Assembly: GCA_973895155.1 (NCBI GenBank)
Contig: OZ316894.1
Span: 7,960,234-8,024,233, forward strand
Direction of reading: 5' to 3'
Source of the DNA: Marsupella aquatica
Taxonomy: Eukaryota; Plantae; Marchantiophyta
Length of the DNA: 64,000 bases
Shown: positions 24,567 through 36,870 of the stretch, piece by piece
Layout: each line of letters begins with the position of its first letter
Numbering within the stretch: the stretch's first letter is position 1
The notes under the pieces: generated by a model
Database searches by the model: none
What the model saw: the letters and a program-made list of their open reading frames with translations, nothing else
What the model was told of the DNA's origin: nothing
Program-made: the position numbers and the translations under genes

Positions 24567-26980
24567 ATGGCAGCCTCAGATTATGAGTCAGACGATTATT
24601 CGGATGGTATTTCGGATGATGTTTCCTTCCCGGATTGTCCTTGTCCTATTACTTCTCCAGATGCTCCTAGTAAAACCACTATTTTGGAGATGCTTCCCCC
24701 AACTCCAATGAGTAAGTTGAAAGGAAAGGCTCTAAGTGTACCAAATATTCAGCAAAAAGTATTTGGTCCTTGTCTTAGTGAGCACTCTGACTCTTCGGAC
24801 TCATCTGAGAGTACAAGTCCCCCTGGCCGTCAAGTATTATTGAATCCTTCTCAAAGGGGGGTTAACTTGGGTGTGCGTTCTGTAGGCCCTCAACATAGTG
24901 GAGAGCTGAAAAAGAGGACTCATGAATTCATGAAGGCCAGATCTGGAGATGTGCCAAAAATGCCCAGTGAAAGCCCAAAAGTGAATTTTTGTGCACTCCA
25001 GGAAAGTTGTGGTGTGCAACATGCAACAATGAAAGAGAGTGAGTATTCTCGTCCTACATCTTTCAGATTTCAAGAAGGAGTGAGAGCGGAAACAAGGAGG
25101 CCGCTTGGAACTGAGACTAATTCAAACAAGGAGAGGATCAATTTGAGAAGATCTCCAGGGAACTTTGATCGTTTGGCTGAGGTTGGAAGCGGATCTAAGT
25201 CGATATACAACAAGGGCAAGAAGAAGGTCTTTGAGGAGATTCCAAACAAGAGGCCAAGAGAGTCAACCGAAGGTGGTTTCTTTGGGAATTCAGATCAAAA
25301 TCGATCAAACTCACTCCTTTTGAGAGTGAAGGGAGAGCCATTGAGTCCTCAAGGGCCTGCTCGAGGGCGGGTGAGGAGGGGTTTGTCTGCATACCAACTT
25401 GATAAACTTGTGGATATATCTTCTTCAATCGAAGAATCTTCTTCTGAGAGTGATGGAGAGCTTGCAGAGAGAGTTATGATGGCTAATAAACGACCGTCAA
25501 ATCTCAGCTTGTGTGAAACAAAGATGACAGAGGAGGATATCAAGAAGACAAATCGTAAGTACTGTTGTCAACGTCATTGTCTCCTGAGTCTTTCACCAAA
25601 ACAAATTTGTGAAGCACGCTCCAAGTTTTTGAGGCAAATATCTCAGGATCGATCTTTATCTTTGCACTGGCTCGTCAAGCAAGACGGAAATGAAGCTCAG
25701 GGGAGGTCCAATGTCACATACATGATTGGACAAAGAGATGTGTGTAGGAAAGCTTTCAAGATGGTCTTTTGTGTAGGAAATGAGAGATTGAATAGGATCA
25801 AGAAGCTAGGCAATCAAGATCTTGCTTATCCTAGACCGGCTGGTCGACCTCCATCTGTGAGAACATTGGTATTGAGTTCTTGGTTGAAGTTTTTTTTGAG
25901 ACTTGTGTGGAGACTCTACCAAATAAAGATGTTTCACATTTGCCTGATAATTATTCCAAACTAGAAGTTTGGAAAATATATGATTCAAGCTATGTGATCA
26001 CTGATGAGTCATCCAAAATATCATATCGACAATTTTTGAAAGTATGGTCACAAGACTTTGGGCATGTGAAGATTCCTCCTGTGAATCGTTTTAGTGCTTG
26101 TGCGGACTGTGAAGAATTCAAAACAATTCGAGACAAAGGAGTCTCGGAAACTGAAAAACGTAAGTCATTTTCATTTTTGTTGTTTTGAACATGTCTTTGT
26201 ATTAGATTTGTCAGGAAATCAATTGAGTAATGGGTAAACATTAGGAATGAATTTCAAGTTAACAACTTTGCTCTACCATTTTTCGATTGATTGCAGGTAG
26301 AGGAGAAATAATGTTACAAAAACATCGAGAACAACAATCGAAAGAGCGGGAAAAACTAGCAAAGCATCAAAAGAAATGTTTCACAAACCCAGAAAAATAT
26401 TTGGGAGTTGTGATTGATGGAATGGATCAAAAAAAGACTAGATTACCCCATTGGCCACGTCCTCCAAAATCCGTTGATGAGTCCTGTTTAATCCAAATGC
26501 ATGTGGTTGGTTGTCTTCTTTTCCACGGAGCACTATTTTCTAGGGTGTTCCTTAATTATCCAGTTCTCCATAATGATGGAAATCTTACCATTACTATTTT
26601 ACAAAGAGTATTCCTAGAATATCAAGAGAAGTATGGGGCCTTCCACCAGTTTTTTACCTTCAGCTTGACAATACAAGTAGGGAAAACAAAAACAATTTAC
26701 TTCACAATATCTTCACATGCTGGTACAAAAAAAGGTATTTCGAAAAATCAAACTTGGATTCCTCTTAGTTGGACACACCCATGATCAAATAGATCAAATG
26801 TTTAGTAGGTTCTCAAAAAGGCTTGGAAGATTTAAGGCCTTTACCTATGATAGTTTATGTAAGATTATTCAAGAATCTTACCAACCCCAACCTGAAATTA
26901 CCCTTTTAAATGAGACATATGATTTTTGAAAATTTTCTTTCTCAGAGCCTGCTTTGATCAGAGAAAGGATACAAAATGTT
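24567..26980 (+). pseudogene. Sola1-like DDD transposase, frameshifted and 3'-truncated
   Basis: CCQRHC..YMIGQRDVCRKAFKMVF; FSACADCEEF; VVIDGMDQKKTRLPH; (frame-corrected) LPPVFYLQLDNTSRENKN; LGFLLVGHTHDQIDQMFSRFS. Frameshifts at the poly-T near 25890 and near 26640 and 26705; intron ~26160-26297; stop at 26929. Confidence 0.75.
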
Positions 26981-27876
26981 GGTGGCAAACCATAAATGTT
27001 GTGAATGATGAATTCATGAATCATATTGAAAGAAGTTTGACATTTTGAGAATGTCCATCGTGTGGGCAGTCTTGTTTGAGAAATTCAGAAAACAAAATAT
27101 TAACTAAAAGAGGTACCTTCTAGAATCCCATATATATTTGAAAGCTTTTAATATACTCGTCATTCCCTTTGTGTGAATGATGGTTTTTCTTGGTAAATGA
27201 ACCCTAGGATCCTACAAACTGCAAAATAATTCGGAAATCTTGACCCTCTTTTGAAAACTTTACATATTTGGGATGTCAATGAACTTTAGGGTGGTATTTC
27301 AAGGGTGAATGTGTTATTGAGCCGATTGAATGTGTGCTAGTAATAAATTGTAATATTGAAATATGTGATATTTGCTTATTAAATGTTTTCCACAACCAGT
27401 TTTGTGATTTTGAGTAGTCAAAATGATGCCCTATTTTGTGTTGTTTTGCAAGTTTTGAATTCTTGCCAAAAAAAGAGCTTGTTTTTAGATGCATTTTTTG
27501 GCTTTTTCCATATTTTCAAGGTTTTTTATCATTAGTTCTTATACATTGGGCTTATTACCCATGTTTTAAGGCTTCGTGTTAAATGAGACATGGCTGGAAG
27601 TGTAGGCGAACACTTGAGCCCCCAAGACAAATTCATATTTCTTCAAATGCCTGCTATTGATCCTGTCCCTCAAAGTAATCTGAACGGTGCCAGTATTGTT
27701 TAGCCACAAATTAGGACAACACACTCCTTAAGTCATATGAACTTAAAAACACGAAAGTAGATCCTACCCGGTTGAAAACTTGTGGACTGACTATTAAGAC
27801 AAACTTTCCACATAGTATCTTGTGTTGCTTGCTTTTCCCTCTGCGCCAAATTTTGGAAAGTATACACAGGTGATCA

Positions 27877-28388
27877 TTATTCCTCAATTAAACATGTCTG
27901 GTGAAGTTGGTCTTGCCATAAATTCTCGACAATTATAGATAAATCCATGCGCCCAGCAGTTTCCCTTTTCAAAATGCTGGAATCATAGCGAATAGAGAGG
28001 ATTTGGGACTTGCGGTACTCTTCAGAAAGCCACTTTTGTGGCCAACAAACACTAGGCTCACTTCTCGACATCCATGACCGGACGTGTGGCCGTTCCTCCT
28101 TACTCCAATGCATATCATGAAAAAAAATTATTACCATCTCGGGATCAGGTTGATGATCATGAAATGCTTAAACGGAACTGTTGCACTGCAAAATACACGT
28201 TGGGATCACAATTACGAAAGCAGTGTATCATGAGTGTAACAGAAACACTGATTGTAAGGCAAGATAGTTACAAGCACAACCACCGAATCTCGACATGATT
28301 TGAAATGAAAGCAATCAGCACTCTACCACTCACTCTTTTTGGCTCCGAGATTGTACTTTTGGAATTGGACGAGGAGGCCATCCAGCAT
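27877..28388 (-). pseudogene. 3'-truncated paralog of the hydrolase-only gene at 60096-61509
   Basis: MVIIFFHDMHWSKEERPHVRSWMSRSEPSVCWPQKWLSEEYRKSQILSIRYD closely matches the 61.2-kb gene. It has the same first exon (ATG CTG GAT GGC..) and a donor at the same position. It ends before the nucleophile-elbow motif. Confidence 0.8.
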
Positions 28389-29665
28389 GATAAACTTTCC
28401 ACCAAAATCTAATAAAGAGTCGTTCGATCTTTCGAAAGGCATTGACGTTGGATTTCCTGCACAAACCGAGCACAAGCTCAATATAATTATAACTCAACCT
28501 TGAGGGTGAGTCCAGCAGACCTGAATGCCATCAGGCATTTTCACTCTCCCGGAAAGAAATATGTCGTTACTCTCAAATCTTCCACCAACGACAACTGTGA
28601 AGGTTCAGTTTTCATTCTGCACCGTATTGGAGTCGACGCGGCCAACAAATTAATGATTCAGCTCAGTCCAAATTTATTTAAAAACCAATCGGACTTCTTC
28701 AGATCGATCTAGCGGTTCCACGAAACTATACAAGATCTGCTCTTATTTCTCAGTGCAAGATTGTTCCTCTAATAAAATAGCCAGCTCTGGATCTATGGCA
28801 ACACACTAACCAGTAATCTGGTACTACTCTTTGCGCTCAATAACGTCCCTCCTACCTAGAGTGACACTTAAATAGGAAGCTCTTATCTCATATGAATTGT
28901 CCTTTTTATTGAAGCTCTGGATCTGCTTAATTCACTACTTCTTCATTCATATTTTGATTGTTCCGTTGTAATAAGACACCTCTATGGCTTACCGTGATGA
29001 CCTTCTCGCCCTGAATGTGCAAAGTCCACCTCTCCGTCGCTTCAAAACCTAAGTAATATGGTGATGCTCCTCTTGACGACTTCAAAGTTCCCTCAGTCTG
29101 CTCTCAAGGGCCATTTTATAATGCAGAGCAGAGCTCATGATTCCCTGATGTAGAAGATACCTCCTTGACTTGGGCCACATGTTGCTAAGGGTCTCCAATC
29201 CGCACATCCACCACTCATATGGGCGACTTCAATTTGGCAGACCAACCATGGGGCTTCTCGTCTTGTTGGCCCTCATATGGCTCTCTTCTCAGGCTCCTTC
29301 CATCCTAACCGACTACTCCATGAAGGATGAGCGACTACAGTGCCCCAGCCATCTTGAGCACAAGAACAACAACAGAGCACATGCGAAATGATAACCGCTC
29401 ACCGCTCGTGGATCTCATCTACGACTCGTCCAGGAAGTCCTTCATAGAAACGTTACTTTCACGGCTGGCGTCGTTCGGTCACAAGGCAGGAACGTTTTCG
29501 AGCTTCCAACGTACCTCCTACCCTTCATTGTATATCCCCCGTGCTTAATGCCACTCTAGCCGAAATTAATCGGCGAGTCATTTTACGAATCTAACAGACC
29601 GTGGGTTCGCCAGCCGGTCCAGCTGCTCATGTGGCATCATTCAATCATCCTCTCGGATCAAAGGC
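27880..29665. repeat. Diverged segmental duplicate of ~60960-62835 (gene 5' part plus upstream region)
   Basis: Shared blocks in the same orientation: CAGCATGATAAACTTTCC (28383/61504), ACGACTTC.AAGT.CC (29076/62207), GCGACTTCAATT (29223/62348), CATATGGCTCTC (29274/62399), CCTCTCGGATCAAAG (29649/62819). Confidence 0.8.
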
Positions 29666-30908
29666 TCCTCCTATTCTGATGTACAACTCGATGTGAAATG
29701 AGCAACGTCGTTATAGCAGCACTCCAGCACTCCATCACTCCAAGTAGAAAACTTTAAGACAACTGCAGTACGTACAGACATCAATGACAGCCCTGAGCCC
29801 TGACTGGCTGACTCCAAGAAGAAACTCCTGAAAATTGCGGTACGTACAATCAGTGGACAGTCACAGAGACAGTACGTCATCACTATTGCCGAGAAGTGGT
29901 ATCTATCAACGTGAGTGAGCCTGCGTCAGAAGGTCTCGCTTGACCACCGATCATTTTTATCTCGGACGGTATATTTTTACAAAGAAAACTCAGAAAGCGT
30001 GCGAAAGCACCAGGCTTATCACACTTGGGAGTCTGATCATTAGGGTCTCATTCTTTGTACTTCTTGTTAGTAGTCAGGGCTACTGACTGCCAAAAATCAT
30101 GGCCGAAACTATTTTGACTACGAGGACCCTCCAGTATAGTCTCCACTTGGCTGCCAGCAGGGCTGCACCCCTGTTTCTTTTTCTGTTTAATATTTGTCTC
30201 CACTTGGTGCTAGCAGCACCTTGGTCTGTCCGCTGCCCGCGGATGATTGTTCCATGTTGATTATATGTCCCAATTTGATGAACCTTAACTCAGGTTATGG
30301 TCACAAAAGTTAAAAGGATTATGAAATTTGTAGTACATGTCATTAGCATAAAGGCTAGTGATAGAAAAAACAAAAAAAAACTTTTACACGAATCTGTGAA
30401 AAGTTATAACCATTCCATTTGCCATCATAAGCTTAGAGACTGTGAAAAAGTTATAACCATTCCGTTTTGCCGTCATAAGCTTAGAGACGCCCTATTATCA
30501 GGCAAACCTTGAGAAACAGATCTGCGCACTGCTTCAGATGTTCCATCTCTTGTATACTCTGTCTTGTACGGCTGCGATTTGTGTGTGTAGTAGATTCACA
30601 AACGTTTCCTCTATTGATCTCTGGATTGAAGATCGTCATTTGCTCTCCCGACACTGTAGATTAGATTCTAATAAAAAAAGACAGATGCACTTGACATTCC
30701 ACTCCAGGCGAGCTACAGACAGACGGGAGTAGCAGGAGAGAAACGATGCAAATCACTACGTACTTCTGAGATTACAAGGTTTGGGCACAGCAACTGTGAG
30801 TATTATTAATAGTTCTTTAGGTTAAATGTGTCGTCGTGGTTTCCCAGTATTCATGAAGAGACCTCAACCGGATGCAACCCACCTTCCAACTGACATAACC
30901 TACGGGCG

Positions 30909-31188
30909 ACCCTGGGTTAAATCAACACCGCATTAATGCGCTCCAAGTTTAGCGGCACACCGTACGCTGCCCGTCACGAAATCCAATGCCGCCTGCCCGT
31001 TCCCCGACGCGGCCTAGGTTTATGTTCTACCATTTCTCCTTTGACTGCCTAAACTGTGTTTCTGTCCGTCGTCCGTCCGTTTTGAAATCGGGCGGGAGCG
31101 CGAACCGACTCCCCGACCCTGCCAACGCTACCCTCCCCTGCCCTGTCTCGACAGTCGACTGCTGTCGAACCCTGCGATCCCACTCAAG
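30909..31188 (+). repeat. MULE left terminal inverted repeat
   Basis: Reverse complement of 41738-42017; the ORF track shows the same spurious peptide MPPARSPTRPRF.. on opposite strands. Confidence 0.96.
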
Positions 31189-33030
31189 CACGCTGCACAC
31201 GACCATTGTTTAGGTTCTATCACATTTCGCCTTCGACCAATTTCAAAACTCAAGCCCGACAACTCACTCGGACATCCTGCTCAAGTAAGCAACTCATTCA
31301 GATGATCGTTGCTGCATGTCAGACGAGTACTTTGTCTCTGGTGTTACCAATTAAATGGATTGTTTCAATGTCGCTCCCAACTCTTGCTTCAGATTCACAG
31401 TTTATGTTCTACTCAGCGTTGCTTTGGTACTGTCATGCAGGGAATGGCACCATCTCGGCAATGTGCCGTAGGGCCTAGGAAGGGGAAGCCTCCTGTTCCA
31501 CCAGAGTCAGAATGGGAGAAGTTCCCAATAGCCAAGATGAACGAACATTGGATGCGAGCTAAAAATCCATCCCACAGAAGAACATTAGGGTCAGGATTTC
31601 TTTGCAAAATCATGACGGATGACTCATGTCAGCACTTTGTGAAGAAGCAGTCTTTTCTGGATCACATGCGATCAGTACATCGCATGAATCCAGAACCGTG
31701 TCCGGTTGGTCGTCCCAAAACGGCAGCACGGCAGAGGTTCGACCATTTTGCGTTCATTCCACACACGAGTACTAGTTCATGTTCTGGTATGGATTGATTT
31801 CATTACTCCTGGTTTATGTTTTGCTATTCAGAGAATGCTTTGGTTTGTGTGTGCCTAAAGGAATCCACTGAGTACGGCAGCCACAATTCACAACAAAGAG
31901 TTGACTTCGGGTTCCTACCCTGCACGAGTGTGGAAACTCAAGCGACAGCAAATGTCGTGGTTGCTACGATGGGCGAATAACCTCAAGTTAGCTCATGAAG
32001 GGGATGAGGATGAGACAACATGGGTTCTGAGTAAGGCCACAGAGCGACCGGTACAATGCGTGGAGAAAATCTAAGCGCTTCACCAGCTTGCTCAACGCTG
32101 TGAAATCAAACGTTGAAGATTTCTGGAAAAAGCATAGACGCCAAATTGATCCAGAGGAGATGCGAACTAGGGTATGTGCAATGTAGTTGATGTTTTGTCG
32201 GTATGAGGTAAGTTCATTGTAGTTTATGTTCTGTTGGGTGCCAGGTATGTGCAATGTAGTTGATGTTCTGTCGGTATGAGGTAAATTCATTGAGTTTATG
32301 TTCTGTTGGTACCGGGAACGTGAAATGTAGTTATGTTTTGTCGAGAAGGGTATGTGAATTTTACTTTATGTTGTATTGCTATATTAATGCGGTAGTGATG
32401 TTTGACATATGAAATGCATCATTGTCATAGGCAATGCTTCCAGAAGATGTGGTCGAATGGAGCAGTGACGATGGGATGCCCCAACTGGATCTTTCCCGCT
32501 CTGATTTGGACGCTGACAACATTGTATATAAGAAGCGTGTCCTTGTTGAGAAGGACCCACCTCCGAACACTAGAGCGAAGGGTAAGGGTAAGGGTAAGGG
32601 TAAGGCCCCATGTAAGAAGCCTGCTAAGAATTCTGAAACACAAGGACAGAGACAAGGCTTGAGGTCTAGGGCCAAGGCCACACCGGGAAGGAACACCTCC
32701 ATCGACAGCCAGGTTAGGCACATTCATATGCTATCTATTCAGGACATTAATGTTCCAAGCAAATTCATGTTCTTTCCTTTGTATTATGGAATGCGACTCT
32801 TTGTACTTGTGTGCACGAAAAAACTGTAGGTCCTAACAGATCGTCTACACGGAAGAGAAGGCCAAGAACAGCCAAGAACAGCCAAGAACCAACTCAGAAG
32901 AAGCTAAAAAACATCAACAACACTCTCCATGTACCTCACATTGTCTTTGCCTTTATTCCAAGACCTCCTATCCTATCGCAATTTTGTATGATGTGTTTCC
33001 CTATGCCATTCATACTAGGCATGTCTCCTA

Positions 33031-33210
33031 GTTTATGTTCTGCTTCTGGTATATGTTTTGCTTCTGGTTCATGTTCTGCGCCTGGTTTATGTTCTGCTCT
33101 GGTTCATGTTCTGCTTCTGGTTTATGTTCCGCTCTGGTTCATGTTCTGCTTCTGGTTTATGTTCCGCTCTGGTTCATGTTCTACTTGTGGCTTTTGGTTT
33201 ATGTTCTGCT
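33031..33210. repeat. 17-18-bp tandem repeat GTT(T/C)ATGTTCTGCT(T)CTG, ~10 copies, probably intronic
   Basis: Directly visible; source of the spurious FWFMFC-rich ORFs. Confidence 0.9.
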
Positions 33211-34497
33211 GAAGATGTTTGTCACGGGTTCCAGACAGTTGACAACACAGATGATGAAGTTGAAAAAGAAAGGGGTGGAGGCAGGAAAGACATTGATGGG
33301 GTCACACAAGATGGGGCAGAGGACGCCACTAGTGAGCATGCTTCACAAGAACAGGCCGGAGAGGATGATGATGATGGGGCCATAGAAGATGGGGCAGAGG
33401 ATGCCACTAGTGAGCATGCTTCACAAGAAAAGGATGGAGAGGATGATGATGCCACAAAAGATGGGGCAAAGGATGCCACTACTGAGCATGCTTCACAAGA
33501 ACAGGCTGGAGAGGATGATGATGATGGGGCCACAGAAGACAAGGCAAATTCTGATGGGGAGACAGAAGATGGGGAGACAGAAGATGGGGCCCAAGATGAC
33601 GACAAGGCAGAGTATGATCTTGCCATAGAAGATGGGGAGACAAAAGATGGGGCCCAACATGATGGGGAGACAGAAGATGGGGCTGAAGATGATGGGGCCA
33701 CAGAAGACGGGCCCGAGGATGATGGTGTCCCAGGAGATGGGCCCCCAGAAGATGGGGCCCAACAAGAAGCTTCACAACAAGACAGCCAAGAAGCGACGGA
33801 AGAGAGTAAATTTGCAGAGGAACAGGAAGGAGATGGAGGAGAACCTACAGATGAAACTCGTCTGAAGGCATATGAGAAACGCTTGTCGGAAATTAAGGTG
33901 AGGCTACAATCTGTGTTCTTTCCTGTTCTATGCCATTTGCTGTTGTTATATTCCCTAATTCATTGAATGTCATGCCTGATGTTCTTGCACGGAAGGGAAA
34001 AGCAACAACACATTAGCAGGAAAAAGGTGCCTGGTCACAAAAAACAGGCAAAGAAGACAAAGAAGGTGTCTTTCCTCAATGAAGAACACACCAGTGCGCC
34101 CCTACCTGGTCTAGAATCATGGACTAAGATGAGATGGACCCAAGAATTGGGCAACATCATAACACATCACCTTGAAAACCTGACCAAAATTATTCCTCCC
34201 TATTCAGACTTAGTTGTGGATGGGGTTAGTATTCCATTCATCGACACCTATAATGTTGGAGGCAAATACAGTAGGAACACCTGGTTGCCTTTACATGCTG
34301 CGAGGCGCAAGACCTTCAGCAACATTCAAATTTGGCACTGGGTTTATCACACAAGGTAATCACCCTTTACTCGTAACAATCTGCTCAACACTTGATTCAT
34401 GTTTTGCATATGTCCTAGCCGTATGTGTAATGGTTTATGTTTTGTGGCGCAGGAAAATTGTTGTGCCTTTTCGACCTATTCATGCAGATCATTCATG

Positions 34498-34793
34498 CCC
34501 TGGGGAATCACTCGTTGGATTATTAGAACGGGGTGCGAACAAATGAAGGGTCTTTTTAATCTTGTTGGTGTATTAATTATAATCAAAAATTTGTACTAAA
34601 GGCGTTTAAAAATCCAATTTTGGTAAAAATATTAGTTTTTATATTTAGCAAGGTATTTAAAAATTTGTCAAAGCCATATAATCAAGGGTACAAGGGTATT
34701 TTTAATTGAATCTATTTTTTATTTTATTTTTTCAAATTTCATTGGTTTGTTCTCACGTGTTTTAGGGGTTTTACTCTAAGTGATTCCCCAGGG
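34498..34793. mobile_element. 296-bp AT-rich MITE, 15-bp TIR CCCTGGGGAATCACT, 8-bp TSD
   Basis: TIRs at 34498-34512 and 34779-34793. Flanks are CATTCATG (34490-34497) and CATCCATG (34794-34801, one mismatch). Removal restores the reading frame. Confidence 0.88.
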
Positions 34794-35298
34794 CATCCAT
34801 GGCCGGGGTACCTTTTTGTGTGGGTGGGCCCGGATGGCATCCCAATTCTACCAAGGCATGTCGACTACCTACTTGCAAATCGCCGTACCCTCATCAATCT
34901 TCAAATTCAGAAAGCCTCGGGACAGACTTGTCCAAGCATTGGGCCTCTAGATGACGTTTGCAAGTTCCCTCTCCTGAAATGTGATCTTGTGTCCAAGGTA
35001 GCCTTCGTGTAAGTGTTTCCTATGTAAAGTGAACTGCCTGTTGGCAACTCTCAATACAATGAATTTTCCATATAATGGTGTAATGGTTGATTGTCCCCTC
35101 CCATAGTTTGACACAATGGTGTTTCACCCTTTTTATGCTATGGGGTATGAATGGTAGCCTAAATTGTGTGTTCGCCGACGCACTTGTCATGCCAAGACCA
35201 ATAATAAAGTCAACCTATCTTGAACAATAGCTGTATCCTGAGTTATGTTTTCACACGCATTGATATGCGACTGACATCTCCATCCGCGTGCAAGTAAT

Positions 35299-35960
35299 GG
35301 TTTCTGTTCTGTCATCAACATGTACATCATAGTTGATGTTCTGTCATCAAAATGAACATCGTAGTTTATGTTCTGTCATCAACATACTTGGGTTTCTGTT
35401 TTGTCATCAACATGTACATCATAGTTGATGTTCTGTCATCAAAATGAACATCGTAGTTTATGTTCTGTCATCAACATACTTGGGTTTCTGTTTTGTCATC
35501 AACATGTACATCATAGTTGATGTTCTGTCATCAAAATGAACATCGTAGTTTATGTTCTGTCATCAACATACTTGGGTTTATGTTTTGTCATCAACATGTA
35601 CATCATAGTTGATGTTCTGTCATCAAAATGAACATCGTAGTTTATGTTCTGTCATCAACATACTTGGGTTTCTGTTTTGTCATCAACATGTACATCATAG
35701 TTGATGTTCTGTCATCAAAATGAACATCGTAGTTTATGTTCTGTCATCAACATACTTGGGTTTCTGTTTTGTCATCAACATGTACATCATAGTTGATGTT
35801 CTGTCATCAAAATGAACATCGTAGTTTATGTTCTGTCATCAACATACTTGGGTTTCTGTTTTGTCATCAACATGTACATCATAGTTGATGTTCTGTCATC
35901 AAAATGAACATCGTAGTTTATGTTTTGTCATCAACATGTGCATAGTAGTTTATGTTCTGT
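35299..35960. repeat. 92-bp tandem repeat (~7 copies) built from three GTT.ATGTTCTGTCATCAA subunits, between the convergent MULE genes
   Basis: ACTTGGGTTT recurs with a 92-bp period (35390, 35482, ...). Confidence 0.93.
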
Positions 35961-36733
35961 CATGAGTTTTGTGTACTTTTGACCGAGTTATGGTTCATGT
36001 TTTGCATTCACTTGCATATTATGTGTATCACAAGATTCATTGTCAATGTTTTGCCGCACACATATACAAGGGTTACAACAAAGGGGTATTTTCTGTTATT
36101 ATTCATCATTTTCCAAGAGAGGTACAACATTCAGATCGATATTGACATTCATGTCAATATCTCTACCACCCCCTCCAAGATGAATAACACGGTTTGGAAC
36201 TACTGGCAAGGACGAATTAGCAGTCCTTCGCCGCCGCTTGCCTTCCTGATATTGTAGTCCTATCCTACATAGATGCTGTCTGTTAGATTCCCTAGTTACT
36301 TTACACTTTGAAGGCAGTGCACATGGCATCGGGCGTTCATCACATTGTATAGATGGTGAGTGAGTTCGCTGCCCTCTCTTGCCCCCATGGTAAATTTTTT
36401 TATCTATAACCCCCAAGTGACGCTTAGATGTCAGCCCTATAGGCCTTACAAATGCATCTGCAGGACCTATATTGGCCTTCCCAAGCACTTTCATTTGTTG
36501 TTGAGCTTTGAGTTTGGTGAGTGTGACTTGTGATGCCAAGAATGCTTGTTCTGTGAGGTAGTCATCTCCTTCAACAATAGCCAATTGCTGATCAAAAATG
36601 TGGATTAAGTTCGCCCTCATATTTGGCTCTCTATTCTGAACAGCTACAGTAGAGTGTTGTAAAATCTGAATCACAGACAATTACAGTAAGATGCTGCTAA
36701 CAAACATTGGCAGAACATATTAAACAAAGGTGC

Positions 36734-36870
36734 AGAACATAAACTTAAACTTACGCCGTCAACATGAACATGTGTAGAACATAAACCTCAACAAACGCCG
36801 TCAACATGAACATGTGTAGAACATAAACCGCAACAAACGCCGTCAACATGAACATGTGTAGAACATAAAC
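36734..36870. repeat. 42-bp tandem repeat x3 in a transposase intron (AGAACATAAAC..CGCCGTCAACATGAACATGTGT)
   Basis: AGAACATAAAC at 36734, 36776, 36818 and 36860. Confidence 0.85.

Larger units (their letters stand above)
1..27570. mobile_element. Putative decayed Sola1-like DNA transposon carrying the ParB-methyltransferase gene; split by the CACTA insertion; ends not resolved
   Basis: Removing the CACTA element leaves the MTase and DDD-transposase genes divergent and about 2 kb apart. Both are similarly decayed and share a repeated TCATGAATTCATGA palindrome. Host-like sequence resumes after ~27.6 kb. The left end lies outside the window, so TIR/TSD could not be verified. Confidence 0.45.
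31444..35012 (+). pseudogene. MULE accessory (mudrB-position) gene: C2H2-like zinc finger + AT-hook-like motif, basic segment, long acidic repeat, unknown C-terminus; disrupted
   Basis: Exon 1 FLCKIMTDDSCQHFVKKQSFLDHMRSVH..PVGRPKT; further GT-AG exons (KGKGKGKGK; EDGA/EDGE repeats 33240-33850). Apparent frameshift near 32045. The last exon is split by the MITE at 34498-34793; removing it restores ..HADHSWPGYLFVWVGPDG.. Confidence 0.65.

Noticed and set aside
30986-31213. Identical ORF MPPARSPTRPRF.. on both strands (also 41689-41940)
   Set aside because: A consequence of the TIRs; no coding evidence.
33035-33865. Alternative-frame ORFs (FWFMFC-rich, MGRQK-rich, Ser-rich antisense)
   Set aside because: Shadow frames of an intronic 18-bp repeat and of the acidic coding repeat.
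34498-34512. MITE TIR CCCTGGGGAATCACT resembles the CACTA satellite palindrome arm CCTTTGGGGAAATCACT
   Set aside because: Short gapped match with different TSD class and no further similarity; cannot be distinguished from chance.
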